From IMG/VR virus record IMGVR_UViG_3300032295_000548, positions 32,001-96,000 of that record: DNA of 64,000 bases; one strand, written 5' to 3'. The notes beneath the pieces were generated by a model that was not told where the DNA came from, made no database searches, and was given only the letters and a program-made list of their open reading frames with translations. Both the position numbers and the translations under genes were made by a program. Positions 21,424 through 31,822 of this stretch are shown in pieces. Numbering within the stretch: the stretch's first letter is position 1; every line of letters starts with the position of its first letter. This stretch comes from a virus. Taxonomy: Duplodnaviria; Caudoviricetes.

Positions 21424-22363
21424 TATTGTAGATGTTGCAGACTTAGACTGTATCTATCTCAGTTACGATGAACCGCAGAAAGAAGAATTCTGGCTAAAGA
21501 TTAAGAACATGGTGCCTTGGGCAAAGCGTGTCGATGGCGTCAAGGGTTCAGACGCCGCACACAAAGCCGCAGGTGAAGCAAGCGAGACAGAACGATTTAT
21601 TCTTATTGACGGGGATAACATGCCCGACGAATCTTTCTTCAATATGCAACTCGACTTTACAGGAAAAGATTCTACTTATCAATTGGCACAATTTCGTTGG
21701 AAGGCAGTAAATGCTATCAACGGACTACGTTACGGTAATGGTGGCATGAGTTCTTGGACAAAGAGTTATGTCCGTAACATGCAAACGCACGAAGCACAGA
21801 AAAGCGGCGACAGTTCACGTATTGCTGACTTCTGTTTAGACAGTAAAGACAACTTGTATTGGGCAATGTATGATTGCTATTCAACTACATATCCCAATCA
21901 TACTCCGTTTCAAGCATGGCGTGCAGGTTTTCGTGAGGGTGTCAAGATGGTTCTTGACAAAGGCGAGAAGCCTGATGCTACTGAGTTCAAAGAACGTGTA
22001 GCAAGTCGCAATCTAAATAACTTGACGATTTGGCAAAACGTTGGTGCCGATGTTGAGAACGGCATCTGGGCTATATATGGTGCTCGACTTGGAACATACA
22101 TGACAATGCTTACTGAGTGGGATTGTCATAATGTACAATGGTTTGATAACTATCCTGTACTATGGGAAGAACATGAATTCAGAGATCCAATAGTGCAATC
22201 AGAATTGCTTGGTGAGGCATTACATGACAAGTTGGGATTACCAATGTGTACACTAAGTGCCGAACAGTCAAAGTTCTTCAAACGTCACTATCAGTCTGAC
22301 TATCACAATCAAGGCCCATTAGTTACTGAGATGGAAGTCATTCGTAGAATCGAAGGATGGTAA
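21410..22363 (+). CDS. GT-A-like glycosyltransferase
   Basis: YLSYDEP, RVDGVKGSDAAHKAA, FILIDGD (DxD), AWRAGFREGVK; homologous to the C-terminal domain of the 49013 protein. Confidence 0.6.
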   Translation: MNSSNIVDVADLDCIYLSYDEPQKEEFWLKIKNMVPWAKRVDGVKGSDAAHKAAGEASETERFILIDGDNMPDESFFNMQLDFTGKDSTYQLAQFRWKAVNAINGLRYGNGGMSSWTKSYVRNMQTHEAQKSGDSSRIADFCLDSKDNLYWAMYDCYSTTYPNHTPFQAWRAGFREGVKMVLDKGEKPDATEFKERVASRNLNNLTIWQNVGADVENGIWAIYGARLGTYMTMLTEWDCHNVQWFDNYPVLWEEHEFRDPIVQSELLGEALHDKLGLPMCTLSAEQSKFFKRHYQSDYHNQGPLVTEMEVIRRIEGW

Positions 22364-23772
22364 TGAGCGAAAGCCACGAACAAAAACGAATCAAAGAGAT
22401 TAGGATCAAAGTCGAAAACGAAGTTGGTCCTACGTTCTGCCTTGCAAAATGGCATCACGTAACTATGTACTTGCAATCAGGAGAGACACATAGTTGCTAT
22501 CACCCTCAACCTCATAAGATTCCCTTAGAAGAATTATATGACAATCCTTCTGCGTTGCATAATACACAGCAGAAGAAAGAAGAACGTAAACTAATGCTCG
22601 ACGGTGGCAAGCCTACCGGCTGTCAGTACTGCTGGAATATTGAAGCAATGGGTCCTGATTATATCAGCGACCGACACATTCGTAACGCAAGTATCTTTAC
22701 TGAAGAACGATATGAACAAACCGCAAAGGGTCCGTGGAATCAAAACATCAACCCCGAGTACATCGAAATCAACTTCGGTAATGAGTGTAACTTCAAGTGT
22801 GGCTACTGCCACCCTAAGTATAGCACAAGCTTCTACAAAGAGATTGAACAGAACGGTCCGGTTACTAACGTAAAGAATCATCGCTGTGATATCGATTGGA
22901 TGAAGTTATATCAACGTGAAGATGATAACCCATATGTTGACGCATTTTGGGAGTGGTGGCCTGAGATGCGTAAGACATTGAATATCATGCGTGTCACTGG
23001 TGGCGAACCTACACTACACAAGAGTACATGGACATTGCTTGAAAAGATTGAAGAAGATCCTATGCCATGGTTAGAGTTGAATATCAACAGTAACTTGGGG
23101 ACTAAGCCTATTCTTATTGAGCGTCTTGCTGAGAAAGTAAAGAAACTCACAGATGATGGTAAAATCAAAAACTTCAAGTTGTTTACTAGCTTGGATACAT
23201 GGGGTGAACGTGCTGAGTATATTCGTACAGGTCTTGACTTAGAGTTGTGGGAAAAGAACTTCCACACATATCTTAAAGGCACTGACAGCCCAATCACATT
23301 TATGATTACGTTCAACATCTTTAGTGTAACTACGTTTAAGAGTTTCCTAGAGAAGTTTATTGAATGGCGCAAGATATATGGATGGTATGATGACCCAGTC
23401 AATCCGCAACATCGTGTTCGTTTTGATACACCATACTTGCGTGACCCGATTCAGTATGACATGAACATTCTTCCCAAAGAAGAATTCATGCCTTACATGT
23501 ATGAAGCATTGAAGTACATGGAAGAAAATACTGATGATAAACGCAGTGACGCCTTTAGCAGTATCGAATATGAAAAGTTCAAGCGTGTAGTAGATTACAT
23601 GGCTGAAACTGTTTATCCTGAAGAAAAACTAATCGAAGGTCGCAGAGACTTCTATAATTGGTTCAATGAATTAGACGAGCGCCGAGAAGCAGACATGCTA
23701 TCAGTGTTCCCTGAGATGCTGGGCTTCTACAGACTGTGCCAAGAAACAAATCAACTGAACCCATTTAAATGA
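22363..23772 (+). CDS. Radical SAM protein with N-terminal twitch-like Cys domain
   Basis: CNFKCGYC, TGGEP; N-terminal FCLAKW..SC..CQYC. Likely start is ATG 22363 (TAATG overlap). Confidence 0.85.
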   Translation: MSESHEQKRIKEIRIKVENEVGPTFCLAKWHHVTMYLQSGETHSCYHPQPHKIPLEELYDNPSALHNTQQKKEERKLMLDGGKPTGCQYCWNIEAMGPDYISDRHIRNASIFTEERYEQTAKGPWNQNINPEYIEINFGNECNFKCGYCHPKYSTSFYKEIEQNGPVTNVKNHRCDIDWMKLYQREDDNPYVDAFWEWWPEMRKTLNIMRVTGGEPTLHKSTWTLLEKIEEDPMPWLELNINSNLGTKPILIERLAEKVKKLTDDGKIKNFKLFTSLDTWGERAEYIRTGLDLELWEKNFHTYLKGTDSPITFMITFNIFSVTTFKSFLEKFIEWRKIYGWYDDPVNPQHRVRFDTPYLRDPIQYDMNILPKEEFMPYMYEALKYMEENTDDKRSDAFSSIEYEKFKRVVDYMAETVYPEEKLIEGRRDFYNWFNELDERREADMLSVFPEMLGFYRLCQETNQLNPFK

Positions 23773-24998
23773 ACAAAGACCACCTACTAAACGACAGTAA
23801 AACATTTTGCATGTTCCCTTGGCTTCACTTAAATGTGACACCTAAGGGCGACATATACCCTTGTTGTTCAAATGACTACACAAAGCCCTTTGGTAACACA
23901 AAAGAGATTACACTACACAAAGCATTCAACAGTACTCAAATGAAAGAGTTGCGTTTGGATATGTTGAATGAACGCAAGAATGAAATCTGTAAGTTCTGTT
24001 ATCAGCATGAAGAAGCAGGCCCACACAGCTTTCGTAACTATAGCAAAGAACACTTTGGTAAGTACTTTGATGACGTTGTGCCCACTACCCAAGAAGATGG
24101 AACAGTAGATGACTTTAAGATGCGGTACTTTGACATTCGCTTCAGTAACATTTGCAACTTCAAGTGCAGAACATGCGGATCAGAATTCTCTAGTCAATGG
24201 GGACTAGAAATGAATAAGAATTATGATAGCAAGCATCCTATTCTTATACATGCTGATGACGATAAGGGTAACTTATTAGAAGAAGTATTGGAACACGTTG
24301 AGCACATCGACCTAGCGTACTTTGCGGGCGGAGAGCCCTTGATTACAGAAGAACACTATGTTATACTAGAAGAAATGATTCGTAAGGGTCGCACTGATGT
24401 AACACTACGCTATAATACAAATGCTAGCAATATCAAGTACAAGAACCATGATGTACTTGATCTTTGGAAGCACTTTAAAAAGGTTGAATTAAGTTGTTCT
24501 ATAGATCACTATGGTGAACGTGCTGAATTATTGCGTAGTGGAACAGATTGGGGTAAAGTTGAGAGTAACCTATTATTGTTTAGAGACTTAGACTACGTTA
24601 GTTTCCAAATGAATACCGTGTTCTCAATCTTTAATTATTTGACAATTGGTGAATTCTATCAGTATCTCAAAGACAAGAATATTATACGTAGAGAAGATTG
24701 GTATCACAGTTTGTATCTAGCAGTACATCCGTTGTATTACAGTGCAAAGAGTTTACCAAAATCATTAAAGCCATTAGCGCAAGAAAAAGCATTGAAATGG
24801 GCTGATGCTAATGACAATGATGGAACTAGCCTATCACGTTTGGTACGTGATGCAGTGAACTTTGCGAATGATGGCGATGGTTGGAGTGATGTGCATAAGC
24901 AGTTTTTGGGTCACACTAAATCATTAGACAGAATACGTGAGGAAAGTTTCTGGAAAACATTCCCCGAGTTAAATAAATTATCTGAATTATTGGAGTAA
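23769..24998 (+). CDS. Radical SAM protein with N-terminal twitch domain
   Basis: FCMFPW...PCC...CKFC, CNFKCRTC, AGGEP. Confidence 0.88.
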   Translation: MNKDHLLNDSKTFCMFPWLHLNVTPKGDIYPCCSNDYTKPFGNTKEITLHKAFNSTQMKELRLDMLNERKNEICKFCYQHEEAGPHSFRNYSKEHFGKYFDDVVPTTQEDGTVDDFKMRYFDIRFSNICNFKCRTCGSEFSSQWGLEMNKNYDSKHPILIHADDDKGNLLEEVLEHVEHIDLAYFAGGEPLITEEHYVILEEMIRKGRTDVTLRYNTNASNIKYKNHDVLDLWKHFKKVELSCSIDHYGERAELLRSGTDWGKVESNLLLFRDLDYVSFQMNTVFSIFNYLTIGEFYQYLKDKNIIRREDWYHSLYLAVHPLYYSAKSLPKSLKPLAQEKALKWADANDNDGTSLSRLVRDAVNFANDGDGWSDVHKQFLGHTKSLDRIREESFWKTFPELNKLSELLE

Positions 24999-25001
24999 TC
25001 G

Positions 25002-26273
25002 ATGGATAAAGTAACAGTAGAGAACCTGGTTAAACACGGAAAGCATTTCTGTGTATTGCCCTGGGTTCATTTTCACAGCTGGCCAGATGGTAGAGTTATG
25101 CCATGCTGTGTCGCAGACAGCAACATGCCTGTAGCCGACTTGAAAGACGGTGAGTCTATCATCAACATGATGAACAGCACAGACTACAAAAAGCTAAGAA
25201 CAGCAATGATGAATGACGAGCCGGTAGAAGCTTGCAAGCGTTGCTATGACTTAGAGTTAATGGGTACATGGACAATGCGTCAAAGTCATAACAAGCGCAA
25301 AGGTCTAGAGTACGTCAAATACATAGCAGAAAACACAATGGAAGACGGAAGCCTCATTGACTTTGAAATGAAGTACATGGACTTGCGTTTCAGTAGTATC
25401 TGTAACATGAAATGTCGTAGTTGTGGCCCAGGCTGTTCAAGTCAATGGGCACAAGAGTTTGTCGACCGTGTTGGTATGGACAACTACGAGAAGTATTTTA
25501 AGACAACTAAGATTGTCATTAACTCAGCAGAAGAAATGGGATTCATGGCTAAACTAAAGCCATATCTCAAAGACGTTACAGAAGTTTACTTTGCAGGTGG
25601 AGAGATTATTATCACACCTGAGCATTATGAATGCTTAGACTATTGGATCGAAAACGGATTGACGGATCAAGTAGAACTGACTTATACAACAAACTTTAGT
25701 AGCTTGAAGTATAAGAAAGACGTTGACTTGATTGCGTATTGGAAGAAATTCCCTAAACTGAAGATTTGGGCATCACTTGACGCACACGGTGATGTAGCTG
25801 AATGTATCAGAAAGGGTACAGATTGGGATCGTATTGTTAGTAATATCAAGTTAGTAAAAGAGCAAGTACCGCATGCTGAATTTCAGATTACTCCAACCAT
25901 CAGTATTTGGAATGTGTTTACTTTCCCTGACTTCTTTGACTACATGGTCAATGAGGGATTCATTGATACTAAATCTAGCCCACGCTTTAACTTAGCTACC
26001 AACCCCTGGTATGCTAACATTATGATCCTACCCGCTAGTGTAAAACGCAGACTCGCTGAATTGTATCGTGTCTACCAAAATCGTTACAAAGATAACATTG
26101 ATATCTATAACGGATTCAAGATGATTATCTATAACTTGACAGTTGGTGATGAGAACAAAGGTGGCATCCAAGAGTTTATCAAGTTCAATGAAGAACTAGA
26201 TGACTTTAGAGATGAGAAATTAGAAGAAATTATTCCAGAACTTAAAGAGGTGTTTGATTGGGCAAGAAACTAA
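25002..26273 (+). CDS. Radical SAM protein with N-terminal twitch domain
   Basis: FCVLPW...PCC...CKRC, CNMKCRSC, AGGE. Confidence 0.88.
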   Translation: MDKVTVENLVKHGKHFCVLPWVHFHSWPDGRVMPCCVADSNMPVADLKDGESIINMMNSTDYKKLRTAMMNDEPVEACKRCYDLELMGTWTMRQSHNKRKGLEYVKYIAENTMEDGSLIDFEMKYMDLRFSSICNMKCRSCGPGCSSQWAQEFVDRVGMDNYEKYFKTTKIVINSAEEMGFMAKLKPYLKDVTEVYFAGGEIIITPEHYECLDYWIENGLTDQVELTYTTNFSSLKYKKDVDLIAYWKKFPKLKIWASLDAHGDVAECIRKGTDWDRIVSNIKLVKEQVPHAEFQITPTISIWNVFTFPDFFDYMVNEGFIDTKSSPRFNLATNPWYANIMILPASVKRRLAELYRVYQNRYKDNIDIYNGFKMIIYNLTVGDENKGGIQEFIKFNEELDDFRDEKLEEIIPELKEVFDWARN

Positions 26274-27250
26274 TAGCTATTGAAGCACCGCAACCCTATC
26301 TTGCAGTTACATGGCAAGTTAACAACTTCTGTAACTACAAGTGCAGTTATTGCAATCCAGGCAACTGGGGAGGCACAGACCGCAACGAAGGTAACTTAGA
26401 CATATACCTAGCTAACCTAGAAACTATTATCAATCGTTACAAGAGTGCAGGATATAAGAACTTTAAGTTCTTCTTCAGCGGTGGAGAACCTACAGCATGG
26501 AGTAATTTCATTCCTATCTGTGAATGGATCTATGAAAAGTTACCACGTGCTACTCTAGCAGTTAATACGAACTTGAGCCGCCCATTAGCTTGGTGGCAAA
26601 AACACTATCATCTATTTGATGATGTTGTTGCAAGCTTCCATATTGAATTTGCTGACAAGAAGCGTTATGAGGAAAACTCTATCTTCTTGTGTGATAAGGT
26701 AAACTATCTCTCAACCAAGATGTTAATGCATGAAGAACGATTCTGGGAAGTAGTTGAGTTTGGCAATCACATGAAATCAGTAATGCCAAACTACTTTTTA
26801 GAGTGGACACCGTTGTTTGATGAAATGTCAGTCAACACAGGTCCATGGCACTATAAAGACCCTACAAAAGAAGCTTGGTTACGTGAGCATACTACAGAGA
26901 TTCAGCAGACTAAGCGCAAACCTATGAAGCGTACTACATTGACAGTAAGTTACAATAAGTATGAAGATGGTTCTACTGAAGTATGTAACAGCAACGAAGT
27001 AATCGTTGCAGGTAACAATTTCTTCAATGGTTGGAACTGTAACGTAGGCGATTGTATCTTTATTAACCCTGTGGGTGAGATGAGTCTTGCAAGTTGCGGT
27101 ATGGGTGGCTATGTAGGTCACATACTAGATGATATTAATCGTGTAGGCCCTAAGCAAATCGTATGTGAGAAAGAACATTGTCATTGCGGTACTGATATTA
27201 TTATTCCTAAATTTGATGGTGATTGGTTAGATAAAAATGCAGTTAAATGA
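26258..27250 (+). CDS. Radical SAM protein with C-terminal SPASM/twitch-like domain
   Basis: CNYKCSYC, SGGEP, C-terminal WNC..G...SC...C...CHC. Confidence 0.85.
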   Translation: MGKKLIAIEAPQPYLAVTWQVNNFCNYKCSYCNPGNWGGTDRNEGNLDIYLANLETIINRYKSAGYKNFKFFFSGGEPTAWSNFIPICEWIYEKLPRATLAVNTNLSRPLAWWQKHYHLFDDVVASFHIEFADKKRYEENSIFLCDKVNYLSTKMLMHEERFWEVVEFGNHMKSVMPNYFLEWTPLFDEMSVNTGPWHYKDPTKEAWLREHTTEIQQTKRKPMKRTTLTVSYNKYEDGSTEVCNSNEVIVAGNNFFNGWNCNVGDCIFINPVGEMSLASCGMGGYVGHILDDINRVGPKQIVCEKEHCHCGTDIIIPKFDGDWLDKNAVK

Positions 27251-28577
27251 AAATGATCCGTTAAAGATTGTATACAGCTGGATAGGACCAAGAGGTCCTA
27301 TCGTTAACACAGAGTTGCCTAACATTATGAGTTATGCAAGTGTAGGACAAAGTACAGATGCACATGGAAGTAACTTCTTCTGGGCAGATGATATCTATTG
27401 GCGTGTATTCATGCACAATGGCAATCATCCATTAAGTTCGACATTTGGTTTAGAAGAACACGATGCATTCATATATCCATACACATTAGCATGGCGTATA
27501 CAGTTTCAGAACTATTTCTTGAACGGTGGCGGTCTATTTGAATTTAGTCACACTCCGGATCATATTGTACATCAAGTTAGGGATCGTAATGGTTTCTTCT
27601 TGATTGACTATGCGCCTGAAGCATGGGTACAAGACGGTCAGTTACGTGCGATGCATGCCTACTTTGGTCATTATAATCGCATCCCAATGGGTAAGGTCAT
27701 ATACATCACAGGATGCATGAATGCAGTAGAATTATATAATAACTGGTGTGATCGTAACGGTATCCCCGATGATCCTATGCATCGTATGATTATGGTTCCG
27801 TTCCCTATATCACAGCACTCATTATCACAACAACTAGTACATGCTCCGGAAGCAACTTATAATCCTAACACTATCCCTGAAAAACTATTTCTGTGTTGGA
27901 ATCGTAGATTCAGATCACATCGTACACATTTAGCATTAGCACTAGACAAAGCCGGTATTGTTGACCGTAGTTATTATAGCATGAATCTAACAGACCCTGA
28001 AATGAACAGTGTTCATTTTAAAACTACTGTTGATTTATATTCTAACCCATTGTTACAAATAGGTAACAAAGACGTTCAAAACTTTATGGCTAAGTTGCCA
28101 TTAGAAATTGATGGCGAGACTGAAATTCAGCGTATGTGTGGTGACTTTGATGCGGCAGCTAGACCGTTCTATCAGAATAGCTTAGTCAGTATTATTACTG
28201 AGACTAACTTTGAACTAACAGAGTTGACAGCTACTGAAAAGACATGGAAGCCTGCTAAAGAAAAGCACCCGTTTATCATGGTAGGAACAGCCGGAGCATT
28301 ACGAACATTGCGTGAGTTTGGATTTCAAACTTTCGATGAGTTTTGGGATGAGTCTTATGATGAGATCGAAGACCCTAAGCGCCGATTGTATGAAATTATC
28401 AAGGTGTGTAAAGATATTGCTAGTTGGACGCCCGAACAAATATTAGATTTTAAACGTAGAGTTCAACCTATTCTAGAACATAATTACAAAGTGTTGACAA
28501 CAGACACATCAAAAACAGTTGCTAATCGTATACGTAATGAAGTATCTAAACGTTTACGAGATGCACCAAAGGATTAA
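27237..28577 (+). CDS. GT10/fucosyltransferase-like glycosyltransferase
   Basis: IITETNF..TATEKTWKP...HPFI..G, GFQTFDEFWDESYD; resembles the GT10 EN...YITEK motif. Confidence 0.55.
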   Translation: MQLNENDPLKIVYSWIGPRGPIVNTELPNIMSYASVGQSTDAHGSNFFWADDIYWRVFMHNGNHPLSSTFGLEEHDAFIYPYTLAWRIQFQNYFLNGGGLFEFSHTPDHIVHQVRDRNGFFLIDYAPEAWVQDGQLRAMHAYFGHYNRIPMGKVIYITGCMNAVELYNNWCDRNGIPDDPMHRMIMVPFPISQHSLSQQLVHAPEATYNPNTIPEKLFLCWNRRFRSHRTHLALALDKAGIVDRSYYSMNLTDPEMNSVHFKTTVDLYSNPLLQIGNKDVQNFMAKLPLEIDGETEIQRMCGDFDAAARPFYQNSLVSIITETNFELTELTATEKTWKPAKEKHPFIMVGTAGALRTLREFGFQTFDEFWDESYDEIEDPKRRLYEIIKVCKDIASWTPEQILDFKRRVQPILEHNYKVLTTDTSKTVANRIRNEVSKRLRDAPKD

Positions 28578-28578
28578 T

Positions 28579-29559
28579 ATGAAAAAGATTTTAGTATGTG
28601 GAGCAGGTGGATTCATTGGGTCTCACTTAGTAAACAAGTTAAAAAGTGAAGGTCACTACGTAGTTGGTGCAGATTTGAAGCAGCCTATCTACGAAGAAAC
28701 TACAGCAGATGAATTCTACCAAGTAGATTTGCGTGAACAAACCAATGTCCGTAGCTTAATGAAAACAGTAAAATTCGATGAAGTATATCAATTAGCGGCT
28801 GACATGGGCGGCGCAGGATATATCTTCACAGGAGAACATGATGCAGATATCATGCACAACAGTGTATTGATTAACCTCAATATTTTAGATAGCATGAGAC
28901 AAGAGGGCATCAGTAAGGTTTTCTATAGTTCTAGCGCATGTATGTACCCTGAACACAATCAACTAGACCCTGACAATCCATTACTGAGTGAAGATAGTGC
29001 ATACCCTGCGAATCCAGACAGTGAATATGGATGGGAGAAGTTATTTAGTGAACGACTATATCTAACTTATGCTAAAAACTATAACATGGATGTGCGAATC
29101 GCCCGATTCCATAATGTATTTGGTCCCTATGGATCATGGAACAACGGCAAAGAAAAAGCTCCAGCCGCATTGTGTCGAAAGGTTGCAACTGTCGAGCCCG
29201 GCGGAACAATTGAAATATGGGGTCCGGGCACTCAAACACGTAGCTTTTTATTCATTGATGAATGCTTAGATGGAGTAGAAAGACTAATGAACAGTGACTT
29301 CACTGGTCCGGTTAATCTAGGTAGTGAACGCATGATATCTATTAACAATCTAGTGTATCTAATTGCAGGCCTTGTTAACAAATCAGTAACTATTAAAAAT
29401 ATACCCGGGCCAATGGGCGTAATGGGTCGCACTAGCGATAACAGATTAATTCGTGAGAAATTAAATTGGTCTCCTACTGAAAACCTGGAGCAAGGATTGA
29501 TGAAGACATACAATTGGATCAGTGAACAGATCAGCAGAGGTCAAAAGGACTTTGAATGA
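28579..29559 (+). CDS. GDP-mannose 3,5-epimerase-like NAD-dependent epimerase
   Basis: GAGGFIG, LAADMGG, SSAC.YP, YGWEK, RFHN.FGP.G.W..GKEKAPAA.CRK, QTRSF.FIDEC: the GME signature set. Start moved to ATG 28579. Confidence 0.85.
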   Translation: MKKILVCGAGGFIGSHLVNKLKSEGHYVVGADLKQPIYEETTADEFYQVDLREQTNVRSLMKTVKFDEVYQLAADMGGAGYIFTGEHDADIMHNSVLINLNILDSMRQEGISKVFYSSSACMYPEHNQLDPDNPLLSEDSAYPANPDSEYGWEKLFSERLYLTYAKNYNMDVRIARFHNVFGPYGSWNNGKEKAPAALCRKVATVEPGGTIEIWGPGTQTRSFLFIDECLDGVERLMNSDFTGPVNLGSERMISINNLVYLIAGLVNKSVTIKNIPGPMGVMGRTSDNRLIREKLNWSPTENLEQGLMKTYNWISEQISRGQKDFE

Positions 29560-30674
29560 TTAAAGTTTATTTAATTGGATTAGGCACCAAAGATACCCGG
29601 GGTAATGGTCAATGGGATGGTATAGTGGAGGAAATTAAAAATATCAATCCTGATAAAATATTATGCATAGGTAATGAAGAAGGATGGCCGTGTTTTTGGT
29701 TTGATAATGATTTACTTGATAAGTTATGGCCGTGGTTAGAAGAACAAAACAAAGTCATTAATTTAATTGGTGGGTTTTCGGATCAAATTGATAATTACTA
29801 TCACCCTAGGGTACAAGCTAAAATTATACATGAAGAATCAGTGGGTTGTTTATTTTGGAATCCTGGCTCTTTGTATGAACACCAACGTGAATCCGTGGAA
29901 CTAGATAAAACAACCAAATTGTTTACATGCTACAATCGTTCTCACAAACTACATAGAGTAATAATGGTAGATGAATTAGTTAGGTATAATTTATTAAATG
30001 ATGGTGTAGTAACAATGCATGATCCTGATCTATATGTCAATGAAGGCGGCCGCCTATATTTTAAGACACCCAGTTCAAAATATGTATGGAAATATCATGA
30101 TGGATCAAAATTAATTGATGAAGAAAACTTTTCATTGCCTTGCCGGCATGGAACCAATCTTATCCCTAAAAGTTATAATCAGGGTTTTTTTGATTTGATT
30201 ACTGAAACTTGTTATGAACCGAATCAGTTTCTTATAACTGAAAAAACACTAAGAGCAATTGGTATGACTAAACCATTTATTGTATTATCGTGCAAAGGGT
30301 ATCATGCATATTTACGTGATAAATTTGGATTTGAATTCTATGATGAAATGTTTGACTATAGTTTTGACCAATGTGATAAATTAGAGGATCGCATTAATGG
30401 TATAATACATAATGTATTACGATTAAAAAATATTTTAACTTCTGAAACAGAAAAAGCTAATCTGTATAATATACTAAAACCAAAACTTAATAGAAATTTA
30501 GAACGCAGAGATGATGTAACTTGGGATACTGATATAGTTATACCTAATAGTATGAGATTTTTATTAGAAGATACTAATTGTAAAGTATACGGAGAACGGA
30601 ACATTGCAATGGTAGACCGTATACATGAAATATTAAATAAAAATGGACATAGTTTGAATTGGGCAGAAATATGA
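29556..30674 (+). CDS. GT10-like glycosyltransferase (variable cassette A)
   Basis: LITETC..FLITEKT...KPFI, GFEFYDEMFDYSFD. Confidence 0.55.
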   Translation: MIKVYLIGLGTKDTRGNGQWDGIVEEIKNINPDKILCIGNEEGWPCFWFDNDLLDKLWPWLEEQNKVINLIGGFSDQIDNYYHPRVQAKIIHEESVGCLFWNPGSLYEHQRESVELDKTTKLFTCYNRSHKLHRVIMVDELVRYNLLNDGVVTMHDPDLYVNEGGRLYFKTPSSKYVWKYHDGSKLIDEENFSLPCRHGTNLIPKSYNQGFFDLITETCYEPNQFLITEKTLRAIGMTKPFIVLSCKGYHAYLRDKFGFEFYDEMFDYSFDQCDKLEDRINGIIHNVLRLKNILTSETEKANLYNILKPKLNRNLERRDDVTWDTDIVIPNSMRFLLEDTNCKVYGERNIAMVDRIHEILNKNGHSLNWAEI

Positions 30675-30754
30675 AAAAGAAATACATCGTGGGTATACAT
30701 AAAACATATAACTGGATAGTCAAACAAATTGAGTCAGGCAATAATGATCTATGA
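30671..30754 (+). pseudogene. 27-codon chimeric remnant: start of the SGNH gene fused to the end of the epimerase gene
   Basis: MKKKYIVG|IH|KTYNWIVKQIESGNNDL*. Compare MSKKKYIVGLG (31823) and KTYNWISEQISRGQKDFE* (epimerase C-terminus). Confidence 0.75.
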
Positions 30755-31821
30755 CCCGCGCTTATATAGTTCAGCACTTTCGAGGCAGGGACGAAACCTA
30801 TGACATAGTAGTCAATGATATAAAGAATGTAAACCCTGATATGATTGTAGTCATATCATTAGGGGAAATTAACGTTGAGTATATTTTTCAAACGTTATTT
30901 GATGGGATAGAAAACTGGCTCATAGAACATAACAAATACATGTATGTTTTATGGGCCGGCCCTGATTTGTCAATAAGACAGAATATCAAATGTGTGAATA
31001 CATTAGGAAGCGCATATGGTAACTATGCATGTACAGAGGGTGTAAGTCTATCTAATACCATCGATTTATTAGCTACTGATAAGTTATTTACCTCATACAA
31101 TAACAATGCAAAATACGAGCGTAAATACTTTGTTGACAAGTGTGTTGAAGCTGATTTGATTAAAGAGGGCATTGTAACATATCGATATCCTAATGTACCC
31201 GTCGACCCTAATTATGATTGGCAACATCATGATGGTTCTGTGTTATCAGATGAAGTTGATTTTGTACTGAACAGTTCTAGTCAATTTTCAGCAGGCACAT
31301 TACCTAAAAGCTATCATCGTGGATTCATAGACATAGTTATAGAGACTGATTCACGCAACGGATATTATATTCCAACTGAAAAGAACGCAAAACCTTGGGG
31401 TGCAATGAAACCCTTTCTAACCATATCAAGTCAATATTATCATAAATGGTTGTGTGAAGAATATGATATGGTTCTATACGATGAATTGTTTGATTATACT
31501 TTTGACAATGAAGTAATATTAGAAGCTAGAATTCACGGAGTCATACAGAATCTACTGTCTATCAGAGATAAGTTCAACAGTAATCCTGAATTTAAAAATG
31601 AAATGTATGAGAAAATCAAGCCTAAACTGATTCATAACAGAGAAAAGGCTCTTAGTGTATTTCACACACTAAAAAGAAAAAACAAATTAATTCCTGAGTG
31701 CTTGTCATTCATAACTAAAGAAGATAACTATGAATTAGTAGGGGAAGTCTATAACAATAGAGGCAACTTGCACTTCATAACAAACAAAAGTTGGCATTTA
31801 AATCCTAGATTAGGCATATAA
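30751..31821 (+). CDS. GT10-like glycosyltransferase (variable cassette B)
   Basis: IVIETD..IPTEK..KPFL, LYDELFDYTFD; shares KLFT.YN, W..HDGS.L.DE and PKSY..GF with 29556. Confidence 0.55.
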   Translation: MTRAYIVQHFRGRDETYDIVVNDIKNVNPDMIVVISLGEINVEYIFQTLFDGIENWLIEHNKYMYVLWAGPDLSIRQNIKCVNTLGSAYGNYACTEGVSLSNTIDLLATDKLFTSYNNNAKYERKYFVDKCVEADLIKEGIVTYRYPNVPVDPNYDWQHHDGSVLSDEVDFVLNSSSQFSAGTLPKSYHRGFIDIVIETDSRNGYYIPTEKNAKPWGAMKPFLTISSQYYHKWLCEEYDMVLYDELFDYTFDNEVILEARIHGVIQNLLSIRDKFNSNPEFKNEMYEKIKPKLIHNREKALSVFHTLKRKNKLIPECLSFITKEDNYELVGEVYNNRGNLHFITNKSWHLNPRLGI

Positions 31822-31822
31822 C

